From an uncultured Armatimonadetes bacterium (GTDB lineage Bacteria > Armatimonadota > UBA5829 > DTJY01): a stretch of 64,000 bases of DNA. Numbering within the stretch: position 1 is the first letter of the stretch; the number at the start of each line of letters is the position of its first letter. Shown here in pieces: positions 19,602 through 30,760 of the stretch. A model generated the notes under the pieces. The model did not search any database. It was given only the letters and a program-made list of their open reading frames with translations, and was not told the origin of the DNA. The stretch covers positions 2,272,001 to 2,336,000 of the forward strand of contig OY970325.1 of assembly GCA_963717145.1 (NCBI GenBank), given 5' to 3'. The position numbers and the translations under genes were made by a program.

Positions 19602-21413
19602 CTACTCCAGGCGGGTGAAGCGGTCGGAGAGGGCGTCGTCCTGGGCGAGCTTCTCGGCATAGTCGAGGTGCTTTTGGGCCTCGGCGTTTGCGGGGTCGAT
19701 GCCGAGCACCTTGCGGAACTGAGCAATCGCCTGAGGATACCTCCCCACCTCGTAGAACGCCAGACCCTCGGCGAGCGCCTCATCACACCGCGCTCGTGAC
19801 AACTTCTCCCGGACGGCGTCGGAGGGAGCGCGGTCGTATGCCTGCTCCAGGAGTCGGACGGCCTCCGACGCGTGACCCGATGTGAGCGCGCCATCGGCCT
19901 CGCGGAGGAGACGGTCGGTCACCTCATCCTCGAGCCGCCCGAGAAGCTCCCGGGCCTCGGCGTTCGTCGCATCGAGCCTGAGCAGGACGCTCAGGATGCC
20001 GAGCGCATCCTCGACCTCCGCGTCACGGGCGCATCGGAGCATCCCCTGAACGGCCTTCTTCCGCGCGCCGACGACCTCCCCGGCGAGATCGGGCGCATAG
20101 ACGCAGTTCCCCCAGGCGGTCTCGATCCGACGGGCGGCTTCGGCGCGGTCATTCCTCGCCAGCGACTCGTCCGCCAGACTGAGAGATTCCCGCACGAGGG
20201 AATGCGCCGTCTCGGCGAGCTTCCCGGCGGCGTCGGCGTTCCTGGGATCGAGTTCGAGGGTCCGGACGAGGGCCGGGACCGCGTCGTCGAGATCGCCCCG
20301 CTCGGCCATCGCGAGCGCATTCGCGTAGAGATCGGAGGCCCGCTGGGCGTCGGCCATGCGGCTCGAACGGCCCTGAATCTCGAACACGAGGAGGCTGCCG
20401 TCCCTGCACGACACGGCCACATAACGGCCGTCATCAGAGCAGGCTACCGATGTGACCGCCGAGGGAGCGGTGAACTCGGCGAGCGGCCGGCCGTCGTCGG
20501 ACAGGCATTCGACGGCGTGCATGTCTCCGTCGCCCGGAGGCTGTAGGGGCGTGCCTTGTGCCGCCCGGTCTACGGACCCGTCAGGAACATGGTCGTCACC
20601 TCCGGGCGGCACAAGGCACGCCCCTACAGCGTTGGCTGGGGCACAGGGCGGCACGAGGCACGCCCCTACAGCGTTCCGGGCGGCCACGACGAGCCTGCCA
20701 TCCAGAGTGGCGGTGCAGGCGGTGACGGGGCCATCTCCGCCGGCTTCCCACTTCTTCTCGGCCTCCTCGATCGCCATCAGCGTGCCGGACCTCGTGCCGA
20801 CGATCACTGGCCCGCTGGATGATGGAATGCAGACGGTCGATATCGGTTCGCCGGCGTCGAACTCCCAGATCACTTGACGGTCCGAGGAGAGGAGGACGAC
20901 CACTCCCTCCTCCGATCCCGCGGCAACACACGAGCCGTCGGGCGAAATCTGCGCGCAGGTCAGCGTCAGTTGGAGGTCCTTCGTGCGGACGCCCGTGCCG
21001 TCCGTCGAGGCGAGGGTGACTCCATACGCCGACTGCAGCAGGTCCGAGGAGGCCACGGCAAAGGACTCACCATCCGCTGTGATCGAGGCGGCGAGGTACG
21101 AATCCCGGCGGTCGGTGAGCAGCCGTGTCTTCTGCCCGCCTCGGAAGACGTAGAGCACGTCATCCGTGGCCGCGATGAAGGTGTCGCCGGACGCGGAGAT
21201 GTCCCAGGCGGCGAGCTTCTCCACCGAAAAGTCGCTGATCTCGCCCCAGTCGCCCGTGTGCGACATCATGCCCAGATGGTAGAGGCGCGATTGGTCCTTG
21301 TCCGGGGTGGCGAGCATGACCGACCCGTCCGCGGACACAGAGAACCGCGTCACGGGCAGGTGTCCCCGGATTCTTCGCTCCAGTATGAGACTCGATGGTT
21401 GCGGGTCGTTCAT
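19602..21413 (-). CDS. WD40/PQQ-like beta-propeller plus TPR protein
   Basis: Repeats ISPDGSCVAAGS and CSDDGRYVAVS; C-terminal TPRs. The upstream ORF extension is REP DNA. Confidence 0.8.
   Translation of the reverse strand: MNDPQPSSLILERRIRGHLPVTRFSVSADGSVMLATPDKDQSRLYHLGMMSHTGDWGEISDFSVEKLAAWDISASGDTFIAATDDVLYVFRGGQKTRLLTDRRDSYLAASITADGESFAVASSDLLQSAYGVTLASTDGTGVRTKDLQLTLTCAQISPDGSCVAAGSEEGVVVLLSSDRQVIWEFDAGEPISTVCIPSSSGPVIVGTRSGTLMAIEEAEKKWEAGGDGPVTACTATLDGRLVVAARNAVGACLVPPCAPANAVGACLVPPGGDDHVPDGSVDRAAQGTPLQPPGDGDMHAVECLSDDGRPLAEFTAPSAVTSVACSDDGRYVAVSCRDGSLLVFEIQGRSSRMADAQRASDLYANALAMAERGDLDDAVPALVRTLELDPRNADAAGKLAETAHSLVRESLSLADESLARNDRAEAARRIETAWGNCVYAPDLAGEVVGARKKAVQGMLRCARDAEVEDALGILSVLLRLDATNAEARELLGRLEDEVTDRLLREADGALTSGHASEAVRLLEQAYDRAPSDAVREKLSRARCDEALAEGLAFYEVGRYPQAIAQFRKVLGIDPANAEAQKHLDYAEKLAQDDALSDRFTRLE
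20543..20669. repeat. Three GTAG REP units in frame within a CDS
   Basis: GTAGGGGCGTGCCTYGTGCCGCCC at 20543 (+), 20604-20627 (-) and 20646-20669 (-). Confidence 0.85.
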
Positions 21414-21425
21414 TGGCGAGATGCC

Positions 21426-21538
21426 GTAGGGGCGATCCTTCCACGGTCGCCCGGATATGATGGGCCATGCCTCACGCCGGGCGACCGTGGAAGGATCGCC
21501 CCTACGGATCACGGGAGGCCGTTGAAGGTCTCCCCTAC
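21426..21538. repeat. GTAG REP cluster (3 units)
   Basis: GTAGGGGCGATCCTTCCACGGTCGCCC pair plus GTAGGGGAGACCTTCAACGGCCTCCC on the minus strand. Confidence 0.9.
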
Positions 21539-22422
21539 AGCTTCACCGTCTTGCCGGACTGGGACGACTTCTCGGCGGCGTCGAGCATCGCCATGATCTC
21601 GAGGGCATCCTCCATCGAAGCAGCGGGCGGTCCGCCGCGGAAGAACTCGACAACGTGCTCCAACTCCGCGGTATAGAGCCGCTTCGTATCCGCTGCGAAC
21701 GGAAACACCTTCTTCTTATCGCGCACGAGTCCACCGTAGCTGTAGACGCCAGTCGTCAGCTCCACGACTCCGCGCCGGGCGTCCGGGTAATCGACGACCG
21801 CGACCACGCCGGCATCATCCTTCCGCGCGAAGACCGACTTCGCGCCGATACCCATCGCGCGCTCGAGCATCTCGAAGGCGTGGACTCCGTACCAGACGAT
21901 CGAACTGCCCGCGGGGGCGACTCCGACCGGGCCGTACATGCTCGCGTACATGGCCTCCGGGACCTCTTCAGCCGCCTGATCGAGGTTCGGGATATACCTG
22001 AGCGACGACGACGAGAACACGCGGATGTTCTTCTCCTTCGCCATGTCGTATATCGTCCGGGCGTTCTCGATGTTGTCGGCGAGCGGCTTATCGAGGAAGA
22101 TCGGCATCCCGAGGCCGGCGACCTTTTTGAAGTACTCGAGGTGATAGGCGCCGTCGTTGATCTCCAGCATGATCGCGTGACAGCCGTCGATCGCCTCATC
22201 GAAGTCCTCGGTGACCTTGATTCCCCACGCTTCGAGTTGTGCCTGCCGCTTGTCGAGGCCCTCCTTGTCCTGGAACGGGGTTTCGAAGCGGAGGCACGTG
22301 ATCGCCTCCATCCCCTGGACCTTCTGGTCCTCGGCGCAGTCTGGCGCCTGCATTCTCCGCGCGAACTCGACCGTGTGACTGGTGTCGAGTCCGATGAGCG
22401 CTACTTTGATCTCCTCGGGCAT
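21535..22422 (-). CDS. Gfo/Idh/MocA family oxidoreductase
   Basis: ALIGLDTSH, IFLDKPLA, FSSSSLRY, WYGVHAFE. Confidence 0.88.
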   Translation of the reverse strand: MPEEIKVALIGLDTSHTVEFARRMQAPDCAEDQKVQGMEAITCLRFETPFQDKEGLDKRQAQLEAWGIKVTEDFDEAIDGCHAIMLEINDGAYHLEYFKKVAGLGMPIFLDKPLADNIENARTIYDMAKEKNIRVFSSSSLRYIPNLDQAAEEVPEAMYASMYGPVGVAPAGSSIVWYGVHAFEMLERAMGIGAKSVFARKDDAGVVAVVDYPDARRGVVELTTGVYSYGGLVRDKKKVFPFAADTKRLYTAELEHVVEFFRGGPPAASMEDALEIMAMLDAAEKSSQSGKTVKL

Positions 22423-22440
22423 TGTTTCCTCCTGTTCAAG

Positions 22441-22536
22441 TGGCCGTAGGGGCGATCCTTCTACGGTCGCCCGAAACCACGCTACGTGGGCGATTCGTGA
22501 CGCCGGGCGACCGTAGAAGGATCGCCCCTACGGCCA
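22441..22536. repeat. GTAG REP doublet
   Basis: GTAGGGGCGATCCTTCTACGGTCGCCC inverted pair. Confidence 0.9.
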
Positions 22537-22553
22537 GCCCTCGCACCTCCCCA

Positions 22554-23510
22554 CTACTGCCATGCAAACTTGAGCACGCGGTGATTCCACGTGTCCGCGA
22601 TATAAACCGAATCGTCCGGGCCGATCGCGATCCCGGTGGGGCATCTGAACGGGCCGACGGCGGTCCGATGTGTATCATAGCAGATCAGGCTCGATCCGTT
22701 CGAGTTGAGCACCTGCAGCCGGTCGTTCTCCATCTCGACCACGTACACGCGGCCCTCGGAGTCGAGCGCGAGGTCCTGCGGTTCGCCGAACTGCCCTGGA
22801 CCTTCTCCCTGAGACCCATACCTGCCCACCTCGAGGCCGTTCGGATCGAGCTTGACCACGCAGTGGCAGAACGTGTCCGCGACATAGCAGCCCCCGTTGC
22901 GATCGACATCGACGCCCTGGGGACGATGGAGCTGCCGGTCGCGATTGCTGCTGATCGTAAACACATGCGCGCCGGTCGGGCTGAACTTCTGGACGCGGCC
23001 GTTCCCCGTATCGGCGACGTACATGAAGCCGTCCCTGTCGATCGCCATGCCCATCGGCGAGTTCATCTCTCCGCGGCGGTCCCCTCTCCTCCCGAAGACC
23101 ATCTCGAGCCGCCCATCGAACGAAAGCTTCTGGACGCGGTTGTTCCCCTGCTCGAGGACGTAGACGGAGAAGTACTGATCGACCGCGATGTCCTGCGGGT
23201 TGAGGAATCGGCCGGCCTCCGATCCCTTGCGTCCGATGGCGACGACCGTTCCGTTGCTCATGAACTTCTGAATGCGGTGATTGTAGGCATCGCAGACGTA
23301 GAGGCTGCCGTCCTTATCGACTGTCAGACCTGCGGGCGCGTTGAACTCCCCCACCCCCGTGCCCTTCCTGCCGATGACCTGGACGACGACCAGCGACTGG
23401 ACCGTAGTCGCGGTGGTGATAGACGCGCCGATGCTCTCAGGCTCTGTGAAACGCATCGGAGACTGATCGGCATCGAGTTCGAGAAAGTCGAAACGGTTGT
23501 TTGATTCCAT
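22554..23510 (-). CDS. NHL-repeat beta-propeller protein
   Basis: Six repeats of F..P.G/DIA.D..G..YVAD..N.R.QKF. Confidence 0.92.
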   Translation of the reverse strand: MESNNRFDFLELDADQSPMRFTEPESIGASITTATTVQSLVVVQVIGRKGTGVGEFNAPAGLTVDKDGSLYVCDAYNHRIQKFMSNGTVVAIGRKGSEAGRFLNPQDIAVDQYFSVYVLEQGNNRVQKLSFDGRLEMVFGRRGDRRGEMNSPMGMAIDRDGFMYVADTGNGRVQKFSPTGAHVFTISSNRDRQLHRPQGVDVDRNGGCYVADTFCHCVVKLDPNGLEVGRYGSQGEGPGQFGEPQDLALDSEGRVYVVEMENDRLQVLNSNGSSLICYDTHRTAVGPFRCPTGIAIGPDDSVYIADTWNHRVLKFAWQ

Positions 23511-23521
23511 GCTTGGTCCCG

Positions 23522-23625
23522 GAGTGCGCCTTATGGAGTGCGGAAGCGGAGTCTGCGGAGCTTCCGCTTTGGCTCAAAAGCGGAAGCTCCGCAGACTCCG
23601 CTTCCGCACTCCATAAGGCGCACTC
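23522..23625. repeat. Perfect 49-bp-arm palindrome (TGGAGTGCGG type)
   Basis: Arms 23522-23570 and 23577-23625 are reverse complements. Confidence 0.9.
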
Positions 23626-25139
23626 TACACTTCCTCCACCGGGAGGCTGCTCGCCATCCTCGTACGGTGCGAGGCCCAGTCGCGCAGTTCGTCGATCTTC
23701 TCCTTCATCGTCGTCGAGAGCGGGACCGACTGCTCGGCGCACGTGAGGATATCGTCCATCTCCAGATCGTGTCCCTCGCCGAACGCGTCGTAGAGGCCCG
23801 ACACGACCGCCGCCTCGATCTCCGCGCCACTGAACCCCGTGGTCTTCGCGGCAAGCGCGTCGAGATCGTACTTCGCCGGGTCCCTCTTGCGCTTCCTGAG
23901 ATGAATCTCGAAGATGTCCCTGCGCTCCTGCTCGGACGGCAGGTCGACGAAGAATATCTCGTCGAACCGGCCCTTGCGCATCAATTCCGGCGGGAGTTGG
24001 GAGATGTCATTTGCCGTCGCCACGACGAATACCGGCGCGGTCTTCTCCTGCAGCCAGGTCACGAACGAGGCGAAAACCCTCGATGTCGTGCCCGCGTCGC
24101 TGAACGGCGAACTCTGAGTGCCGGCGAACCCTTTCTCAAGCTCATCGATCCACAGGATGCAGGGCGCGACCGACTCCGCGATCGCGATCGCCTTCCGGAC
24201 GTTCTCCTCCGACGAGCCGACGATCCCGCTGAAGATCTTGCCGACATCGAGCCGGAGCAAAGGTAGCCTCCAGAGCGATGCCACCGCCTTGCAGCATAGC
24301 GACTTCCCGCAGCCCTGGATGCCGAGGAGCATGATCCCCTTCGGCTGAGGGAGTCCGAACTCGCGGGCCTTCTCACTGAACGCAAGGGATCGTGTCTCGA
24401 GCCAGTGCTTCAGGCTGTCCATCCCGCCAACATCCGCGAATGCCTCGCTCGTCCGATAGTACTCCAGCATCCCGGACTTTCGGACGATCTGCTCCTTCTC
24501 AGAGGTGATCGTGTCAACATCGAAGCACCGCTTCTCGACGAGCGACTTCGCGAAGACGTTCTCGGCCTCGTTGGCGGTGAGTCCCTGCGCGGCGTGGAGA
24601 ATCTGCTCACGTTGATGCGGCTCGCAGGCGACCGCGATCTGGGCGTTCCCTTTGACCGACTGGATAATCCCTTCGAGCAACGCATCCAACTCCTCCAGGT
24701 CGGGGAGCGGGTAATCGACTACGGTGATTTCCTTCTCCAACTCGGACGGGAGCTTGAGCACCGGAGAGAGGATGATGAGCGTCTTGTAGCTGACCTTGAG
24801 CGCCTGGATGAGGTCCCTCAGGCGGCGGGTCGTGGCGCTATCACTAATATAGGAATGGAAATCCTTGAGGACGAAGATCGCCTGGTCGCGAGAGTCCATG
24901 ACGTAATCGAGCGCCGCGAGCGGATCGCGGGTCGAGTCGTCGCGCATCGAGGAGTTGGAGCCCATGCCCTGGGTGATGCTCCAGGCGTACATCCGCTTCC
25001 CACGATTGCCGGCGACCTCCCGGAGCGCCTCTTCAACGCGCTTCTCCTCCCAGGAGACTATGTAGATGATCGGGTAGCGCGCCCGGATCAGGGTCTCGAT
25101 CTCGGTGTCGATCGGCTTCTGCTTCGATCCTTTGGGCAA
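23625..25139 (-). CDS. AAA ATPase, Ycf46-like (SpoVK/Ycf46/Vps4 class)
   Basis: GIQGCGKS Walker [10 protein letters not shown] Walker [21 protein letters not shown]; degenerate N-terminal AAA-like domain. Confidence 0.92.
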   Translation of the reverse strand: MPKGSKQKPIDTEIETLIRARYPIIYIVSWEEKRVEEALREVAGNRGKRMYAWSITQGMGSNSSMRDDSTRDPLAALDYVMDSRDQAIFVLKDFHSYISDSATTRRLRDLIQALKVSYKTLIILSPVLKLPSELEKEITVVDYPLPDLEELDALLEGIIQSVKGNAQIAVACEPHQREQILHAAQGLTANEAENVFAKSLVEKRCFDVDTITSEKEQIVRKSGMLEYYRTSEAFADVGGMDSLKHWLETRSLAFSEKAREFGLPQPKGIMLLGIQGCGKSLCCKAVASLWRLPLLRLDVGKIFSGIVGSSEENVRKAIAIAESVAPCILWIDELEKGFAGTQSSPFSDAGTTSRVFASFVTWLQEKTAPVFVVATANDISQLPPELMRKGRFDEIFFVDLPSEQERRDIFEIHLRKRKRDPAKYDLDALAAKTTGFSGAEIEAAVVSGLYDAFGEGHDLEMDDILTCAEQSVPLSTTMKEKIDELRDWASHRTRMASSLPVEEV

Positions 25140-25329
25140 GACAGGATACCTCCAGGCAAGTCGCCGCGGCCATTCTGAGTGGACTGCCGGGGGGTATTAT
25201 AGCGGACGGCAACCCCAATACGCAACACGCAGCACGTAAGATGCCCGATGCCGGCAAGGAATATTGACGACCTGCCATTGACAGAAACCGCCCGCTGTGC
25301 TATCACTATCCTTGAGAGGTGACATAGTC

Positions 25330-26298
25330 ATGCCCGGCAACCACCCTTCGCTAAGCTCGCTCCAACAGCAGACGGAAGACCTGATAGTCTCCCGAAAGCC
25401 TCTGCCCAGCAACGCGGCCGCTCTTGCCGATCGCTGTTCCCTACTGCGTCGCCACCTGACGGAGGCACTCGGATACATGCCTCCACACGGCGGACCGCTG
25501 TTCGTGCAAGAGGAGTCTCAGGTTCCCCTGGGAAACGACCTTGTGCATGAGTCCGTCCTGCTCGACCTGGAAACCGGTGGGACTCTCCGCTTACACGTGA
25601 TCCGCCCGACAGGAGCCGTCGGACCCGTGCCGGGAGCGATCCTGTTGCACGGATGGGACCTAGACAAGACGGGACTCGATTCAGCAGCCGCCGAGATCGC
25701 GCGCGCGGGACACGTCGTTCTCGTGCCCGGCAACCAGTGTGTCTCGAAAGGCGTCGAGGAATGCTCTGATGGCTGTTCATACGTCATTCCGGGGATGACC
25801 TATATGGGCCTGACGACGTATGAGAACTTGCGGTCTCTGGATTACCTCTGCTCACGCGATGATGTCGATGCCGAGAGGGTGGCCTGCATAGGAATCTGCT
25901 GGAGTGGAGTTCAGTGCTATCTGCTGGCAGCTCTCGATGAGCGAGTGAAGGCGGCGAGCGCCATCTGTGGCATCGCTCCTCAGGGCACACTGCCGACCGA
26001 TTACGTATTTCATCAGGGCCACATGTGCATCGGCACATTCCTTCCCGGGTTCCTGACCGAGGCGGGAATTCAGGACCTGATAGCACTCATCGCCCCGAAG
26101 CCGTTGCTGGTGCAGAACAACGTCAGCGATGCGTCGTATCCCATGCTGAACTACCGCAGATCGAAGGCCGAGACGAAAAGGGTCTACCGCACGATGGGAT
26201 ATCCGGAGAGATTCGACGCCCACGTCGAGTCGTCGACGCGCAACCTCACCCCCGAGTTCATCGCACGCACGACGGAGTGGCTGAAGGCATATCTGTAG
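25330..26298 (+). CDS. alpha/beta hydrolase (dienelactone hydrolase / acetylxylan esterase-like)
   Basis: LLHG, LDYLCSRDDVDAERVACIGICWSG, LIAPKPLL. Confidence 0.78.
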   Translation: MPGNHPSLSSLQQQTEDLIVSRKPLPSNAAALADRCSLLRRHLTEALGYMPPHGGPLFVQEESQVPLGNDLVHESVLLDLETGGTLRLHVIRPTGAVGPVPGAILLHGWDLDKTGLDSAAAEIARAGHVVLVPGNQCVSKGVEECSDGCSYVIPGMTYMGLTTYENLRSLDYLCSRDDVDAERVACIGICWSGVQCYLLAALDERVKAASAICGIAPQGTLPTDYVFHQGHMCIGTFLPGFLTEAGIQDLIALIAPKPLLVQNNVSDASYPMLNYRRSKAETKRVYRTMGYPERFDAHVESSTRNLTPEFIARTTEWLKAYL

Positions 26299-26303
26299 GA
26301 GGA

Positions 26304-27386
26304 ATGGCCTTGTCTGTTCGAGCGCTCTTGCTTGTAATCTTGTTGTTGGCGGTCGCGGTTTCCCCGGTCTTGAGCCAGGGGGAGGATGTCAGCAATTCCT
26401 CCGCCGAAGATACGACGAGCGGACACGTGATCCAGAATGTCCCCTCGCTCAAGTGGGCGGATGGTATGTGCACGTTTGTAGGCTCGCTGAACCTGTGCCT
26501 GAACTACCTCGGCGAGAAGGTAACATATCAGCACCTCATGGGCGTCTCCGGAGCAGCATTTGCCACCCGCTTCCACCGCGACTGGTCCGCATCCTCGACC
26601 GACGCCGCACTGAACGACGATCACCCGAAGGCTGCGCTTCAGGCGGTCGGATACTCCTATACATGGGCCACTACCGGCGATCCCCAGGTCATTATGGACT
26701 CGATCGATCGGGGCGCGCCGGTGATCGGGATGAATCTGGCGGGGAACAACGACTGGGGAGTCATCGCCGGGTATGGACGCATGGGGGAAGTATGGCTCGG
26801 CCGCACATTCTATGACCAGTCGTCCGACTACTATAGGACCGGCAAGTTGCCATGGAGCGCGCTGATCCTCGGGCAGAAAGGCGCCGTGCCGCCGATAGCT
26901 CAGAGCGCGCACAACTCGATCAAGCTGGCGGTCGAGTTCGCCAAGGGAGAGCGCAAACTCAAGGACCCAAAGTATGCCGTCGGGTTCGACGCATACGTCG
27001 CATGGATCGAGGCGCTCCAATCCAAGAAGTGTCAGGAGCTTGCCGGCAAGGAACTCGAACAAACGGCCTCCACCAACGCATTGATGTTCAATTCCCTGAT
27101 CGATGCCCGGCATGCCGGTGCGGCCTATCTCACGTCGGCGGCGAGGGTGCTCAACGGCGATGCGAAGACTCACTGCGAGGAGGCGGCGGCCCTCTACCAG
27201 GAGGAGATCGATGCCCTGAGGACCGCGAAGGACTACGTGAAGTACCCGCAGAACATCACGTCCGGGCCGAAGTGGTCCGCCGATATGCGGGCGTACCAGA
27301 TCGAGGCGCTCAAGCAGGCGCTCGAAAAGGACAAGGCCGCGGTCGCGGCGCTCGAAAAGATATTGGACGAGAAGAAGGAGAACTGA
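26304..27386 (+). CDS. Secreted protein with papain-like (C39/BtrH-like) N-terminal region
   Basis: Signal peptide; VP...CTFVGSL...Y..LMGVSGAAF; SIDRGAPVI; GVIAGY; RBS AGGAGG. Confidence 0.55.
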   Translation: MALSVRALLLVILLLAVAVSPVLSQGEDVSNSSAEDTTSGHVIQNVPSLKWADGMCTFVGSLNLCLNYLGEKVTYQHLMGVSGAAFATRFHRDWSASSTDAALNDDHPKAALQAVGYSYTWATTGDPQVIMDSIDRGAPVIGMNLAGNNDWGVIAGYGRMGEVWLGRTFYDQSSDYYRTGKLPWSALILGQKGAVPPIAQSAHNSIKLAVEFAKGERKLKDPKYAVGFDAYVAWIEALQSKKCQELAGKELEQTASTNALMFNSLIDARHAGAAYLTSAARVLNGDAKTHCEEAAALYQEEIDALRTAKDYVKYPQNITSGPKWSADMRAYQIEALKQALEKDKAAVAALEKILDEKKEN

Positions 27387-27397
27387 ACGGACCAACC

Positions 27398-30300
27398 ATG
27401 CAATACGACATAGCCTTCCACTGGCGCTTCCTCCCAACCGCCGTGTGCCTGCTGGTCATGCTGGGATTCCAGTTGGCCGCACACGGCGATTCGTTTGCCG
27501 CCACCAAGCACAGCCGGTCACTGACCACCGACGCGGAACTGGGACAGATCCGTCGGAACATCGAGCAGTACCCTAAGGCGAAAGAGATCGCCGACAAGGT
27601 CATCAAGGCCGCTGACGAGTGGGTCGCCCGCTCCGATCAGTACATCTGGGACTTCATCCCGACACCTGATGTACCACGCGCCTTCAACTCCTCCTTCGAA
27701 GGCTGCCCCGTCCACGGAATGGAGTACTTCAAGCACGGCAACTACTCATGGATCATGGACCCGTTCGGCAATCCGTGGAAGATCAAGTGCCCCGTCGGCG
27801 GCGAGGAATACCCCTCGAACGACTTCACGGCCTACTACAAGACGAAGGATAAGTCGCTCCTCACCGGCGACTACCCCGACGACGGTTGGGGATGGCGCAA
27901 GGAGGAGCCGAGAAGAAGCACTGGTTCGTCGCCTACTACTGCCACTGGCTCTGGTCGAACTATATCTTTCCGGCTGTGACCAACCTCTCGCTCGCGTACC
28001 AATACACCGGCGACGAGAAGTACGCCCGGAAGGCGATCGTCATGCTCGACCGAATCGCCGCGATGTACCCCGAGATGGACCACAATAAGCAATCGAGGTA
28101 CGCGCAGGAGTTCAACGCGGGGTATCCGGGCAAGATCATCAACATGATCTGGGAGACCGGGCACATCCGCGACCTCACCAGCGCCTACGACAACATATTC
28201 GACGCCATCGCGAAGGACGGCGACTGGGCCGGCGAGGACTCCCCGCTGCAGGGCAAGTCCTATGCCGACATCCGGGCAAACATCGAGACCAACCTGCTCC
28301 GGGAAGGCGTCCGGTGCATCTACAACGGCCAGATCCGCGGCAACTACGGCATGCACCAGAACTCGCTCCTGCAACTGGCGATCGTGCTCCAGGACGAGGA
28401 GGTCACCAGGCGCGCGGTGGACTACGTCATGAACAATGCCGAGGGGATTGCCGGCGTCGAGGGGTTCAACTACGCGCTCGACAACTTCATCTTCCGCGAG
28501 GGCGTCTCCTTCGAGGTCGCGCCGGGATACTGCCTCGGATGGTCGGCGCACCTCTCGATGATCGCCGAACTCCTCGAACGACTCGGAGTCGATATCTACT
28601 CGCAGCCGAAGTTCAAGCGCATGTACACCGCCTACTTCGACATCCAGGTCCTCGGGATGCACACTCCGGCGATGGGCGACTCCGGCGGTCTCGGGGTCGG
28701 CGCGGTGAACCCATCGACGTACATGGCGCGGCTCGGCCTCGACGGCTTCGGCGATCCGATCTTCGCCAGGTTCCTGCTCGATCGGGGCTTCTACGGCGAG
28801 AAGTCGTTCACCAACAGCGGCGACCTTCGATTCGCCCCACTGAATGAGAGCGATCTCAGAAGTCGGGCCTCAGGCGCGAAGAGATCGCTGCCGGGCACGC
28901 GGAACCTCGGAAGCTACGGGCTCGGTATCCTCGAGCACGGCAAGGGAACCGACGGCGTCGGACTCGCATTGTACTACGGCCCGGCGGAGGCGGGACACGC
29001 GCACTACGACCGGCTTGCCTTCGAGCTGATCGGCTACGGCAAGAAGCTGATCCCCGACTTCGGCTACCCGCAGTTCGCGGCCGAGGACAAGGACACCGGC
29101 TGCTGGGAGCGGAACACGATCAGCCACTGCACGGTGACGGTGGACGGGACGAAGCAGCAGACGAAGCGCAGGGGCGTGCTCAACCTCTTCGCCGAGTCGC
29201 CCGACGTGCAGGTGATCGACGTCTCCGCGCCGGATGCCTATGCGAGCGCCCGGGAATATCGGCGGATGATGATGCTCGTCGGCGGCGAGTCGGAGTCGCC
29301 CTACGTCGTCGACTTCTTCCGCGTCGAGGGCGGCAAGAGCCACGACTACAGCCTTCACGGGTTCGACGGCAAGTTCTCCACCAGCGGCATCGCGCTCTCG
29401 GAGGCGCAGACGAAGGGGACGCTCGCCGGCGAGGATGTCCCCTACAGCTACCTCTACGACGACCCGGAACTCGAGCAGCCGGGGAAGAGTCGATCGTTCC
29501 ACAGCTACACCGGGACCAGCTACTCCTACCTCTACAACGTCCAGCGCGCCGTGCCCTCCGGCACCTGGGTCGCGACGTGGGCCGGTGATAGCTCGGGGAT
29601 ACACGCGATCTTCCCACGGCAGGATGTCGGGGAAGCGGTGATCGCCGACGGTAAGCCTCCGAGGCGGCCGGGCAACCCCGAGAGCCTCAAGTTCGTGCTA
29701 CTGCGCAACTCGGGCGATGACATCTCGAGCAGCTTCGTCTCGGTCATGCAGCCGTTCAAGGTGAAGGATGGCAAGGGCGACGAGCCTCTGAGCGTCAAGA
29801 CACTCAGGGCGGACGGCGGCGCGCTCCTCGAGATCAAGGGCGCTCAGGGCACGGACTACGTATGGGCGGGCGGCGACTCGACGAGCGAGATCGAGGCGGC
29901 GGGCATCGGCATCCGCGGGCGATGCGCGGTCATCCGCCTGGACGCGAAGGGTGCCCTCAAGTCGGTCTTCCTCGGCGATGGGACCAGCGTCCGGCAGGGG
30001 ATGCTTTCCGTCGAGGCCGGGCCGGGGTTCGAGGGAACGGTCGAGGCGCTCGACATCGAGCGCAATGAGATCACCGTCGGACCGGGCGGCTCTCCGTCAC
30101 TCGCGGGCCGGACCGCGATCCTCAGGCCGGGCCCGAGCGCCTGCAACTACCTGATCGAGGATGCAAGGGCGAAGGATGGGAAGCTCGTCCTCTCGCTGGG
30201 CGCGGATGTCCCGCGTATCGGCAAGGTCCAGGTGACCGGCCTCGACGACAACGGGAAGTTCGTCACGACCAACAGCCTCCTTTACCTGGCGGGCGGCGGC

Positions 30301-30585
30301 TACTACAAGCATGCCTGGCTCGCGAACGAGGGCCTCACTGCCTGGCGCAGGCTCGTCGATGTGGAGAAGAGCGCCGTGCGTCTCTCTGGCATGTCGGACC
30401 TCAAGGCGGAGTTCACCGACACCGATGGCGACGGGAGGATCACCGCATATTTGTACGACGTCGGCCCGGGCGAGAAGATCACCGTTCCGCCGGTCACCTG
30501 GATCGGCCGCGACTCCGCCGGCGAGTGGGCGATCCAGGCCGATTCCGCCGTTCAGGTGACTCTCCCCGACGGAACGAAACTGTGA
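27398..30585 (+). CDS. Heparinase II/III-like polysaccharide lyase; frameshift near 27900
   Basis: Signal peptide; GHAHYDRL, PDFGYP, NTISHCTVTVD. The N-terminus lies in ORF 26852..27979. Confidence 0.8.
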
Positions 30586-30596
30586 AGATGGCACCT

Positions 30597-30711
30597 ACCG
30601 TCAGTCCTGAGTTCGCCGGTGAATGACGGCGTGTAACGAAGGACGGCCTTGCTGCACCGAGCCGTCCTTCGTTACACGCCGTCATTCACCGGCGAACTCA
30701 GGACTGACGGT
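30597..30711. repeat. Perfect 51-bp-arm palindrome
   Basis: ACCGTCAGTCCTGAGT...GAAGGACGGC with a 13-nt loop; single diverged arm at 33198-33248. Confidence 0.9.
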
Positions 30712-30760
30712 GGTTTCTCACCGAAACAGATGCATGGACGACATCATACGAGGTAACCAT

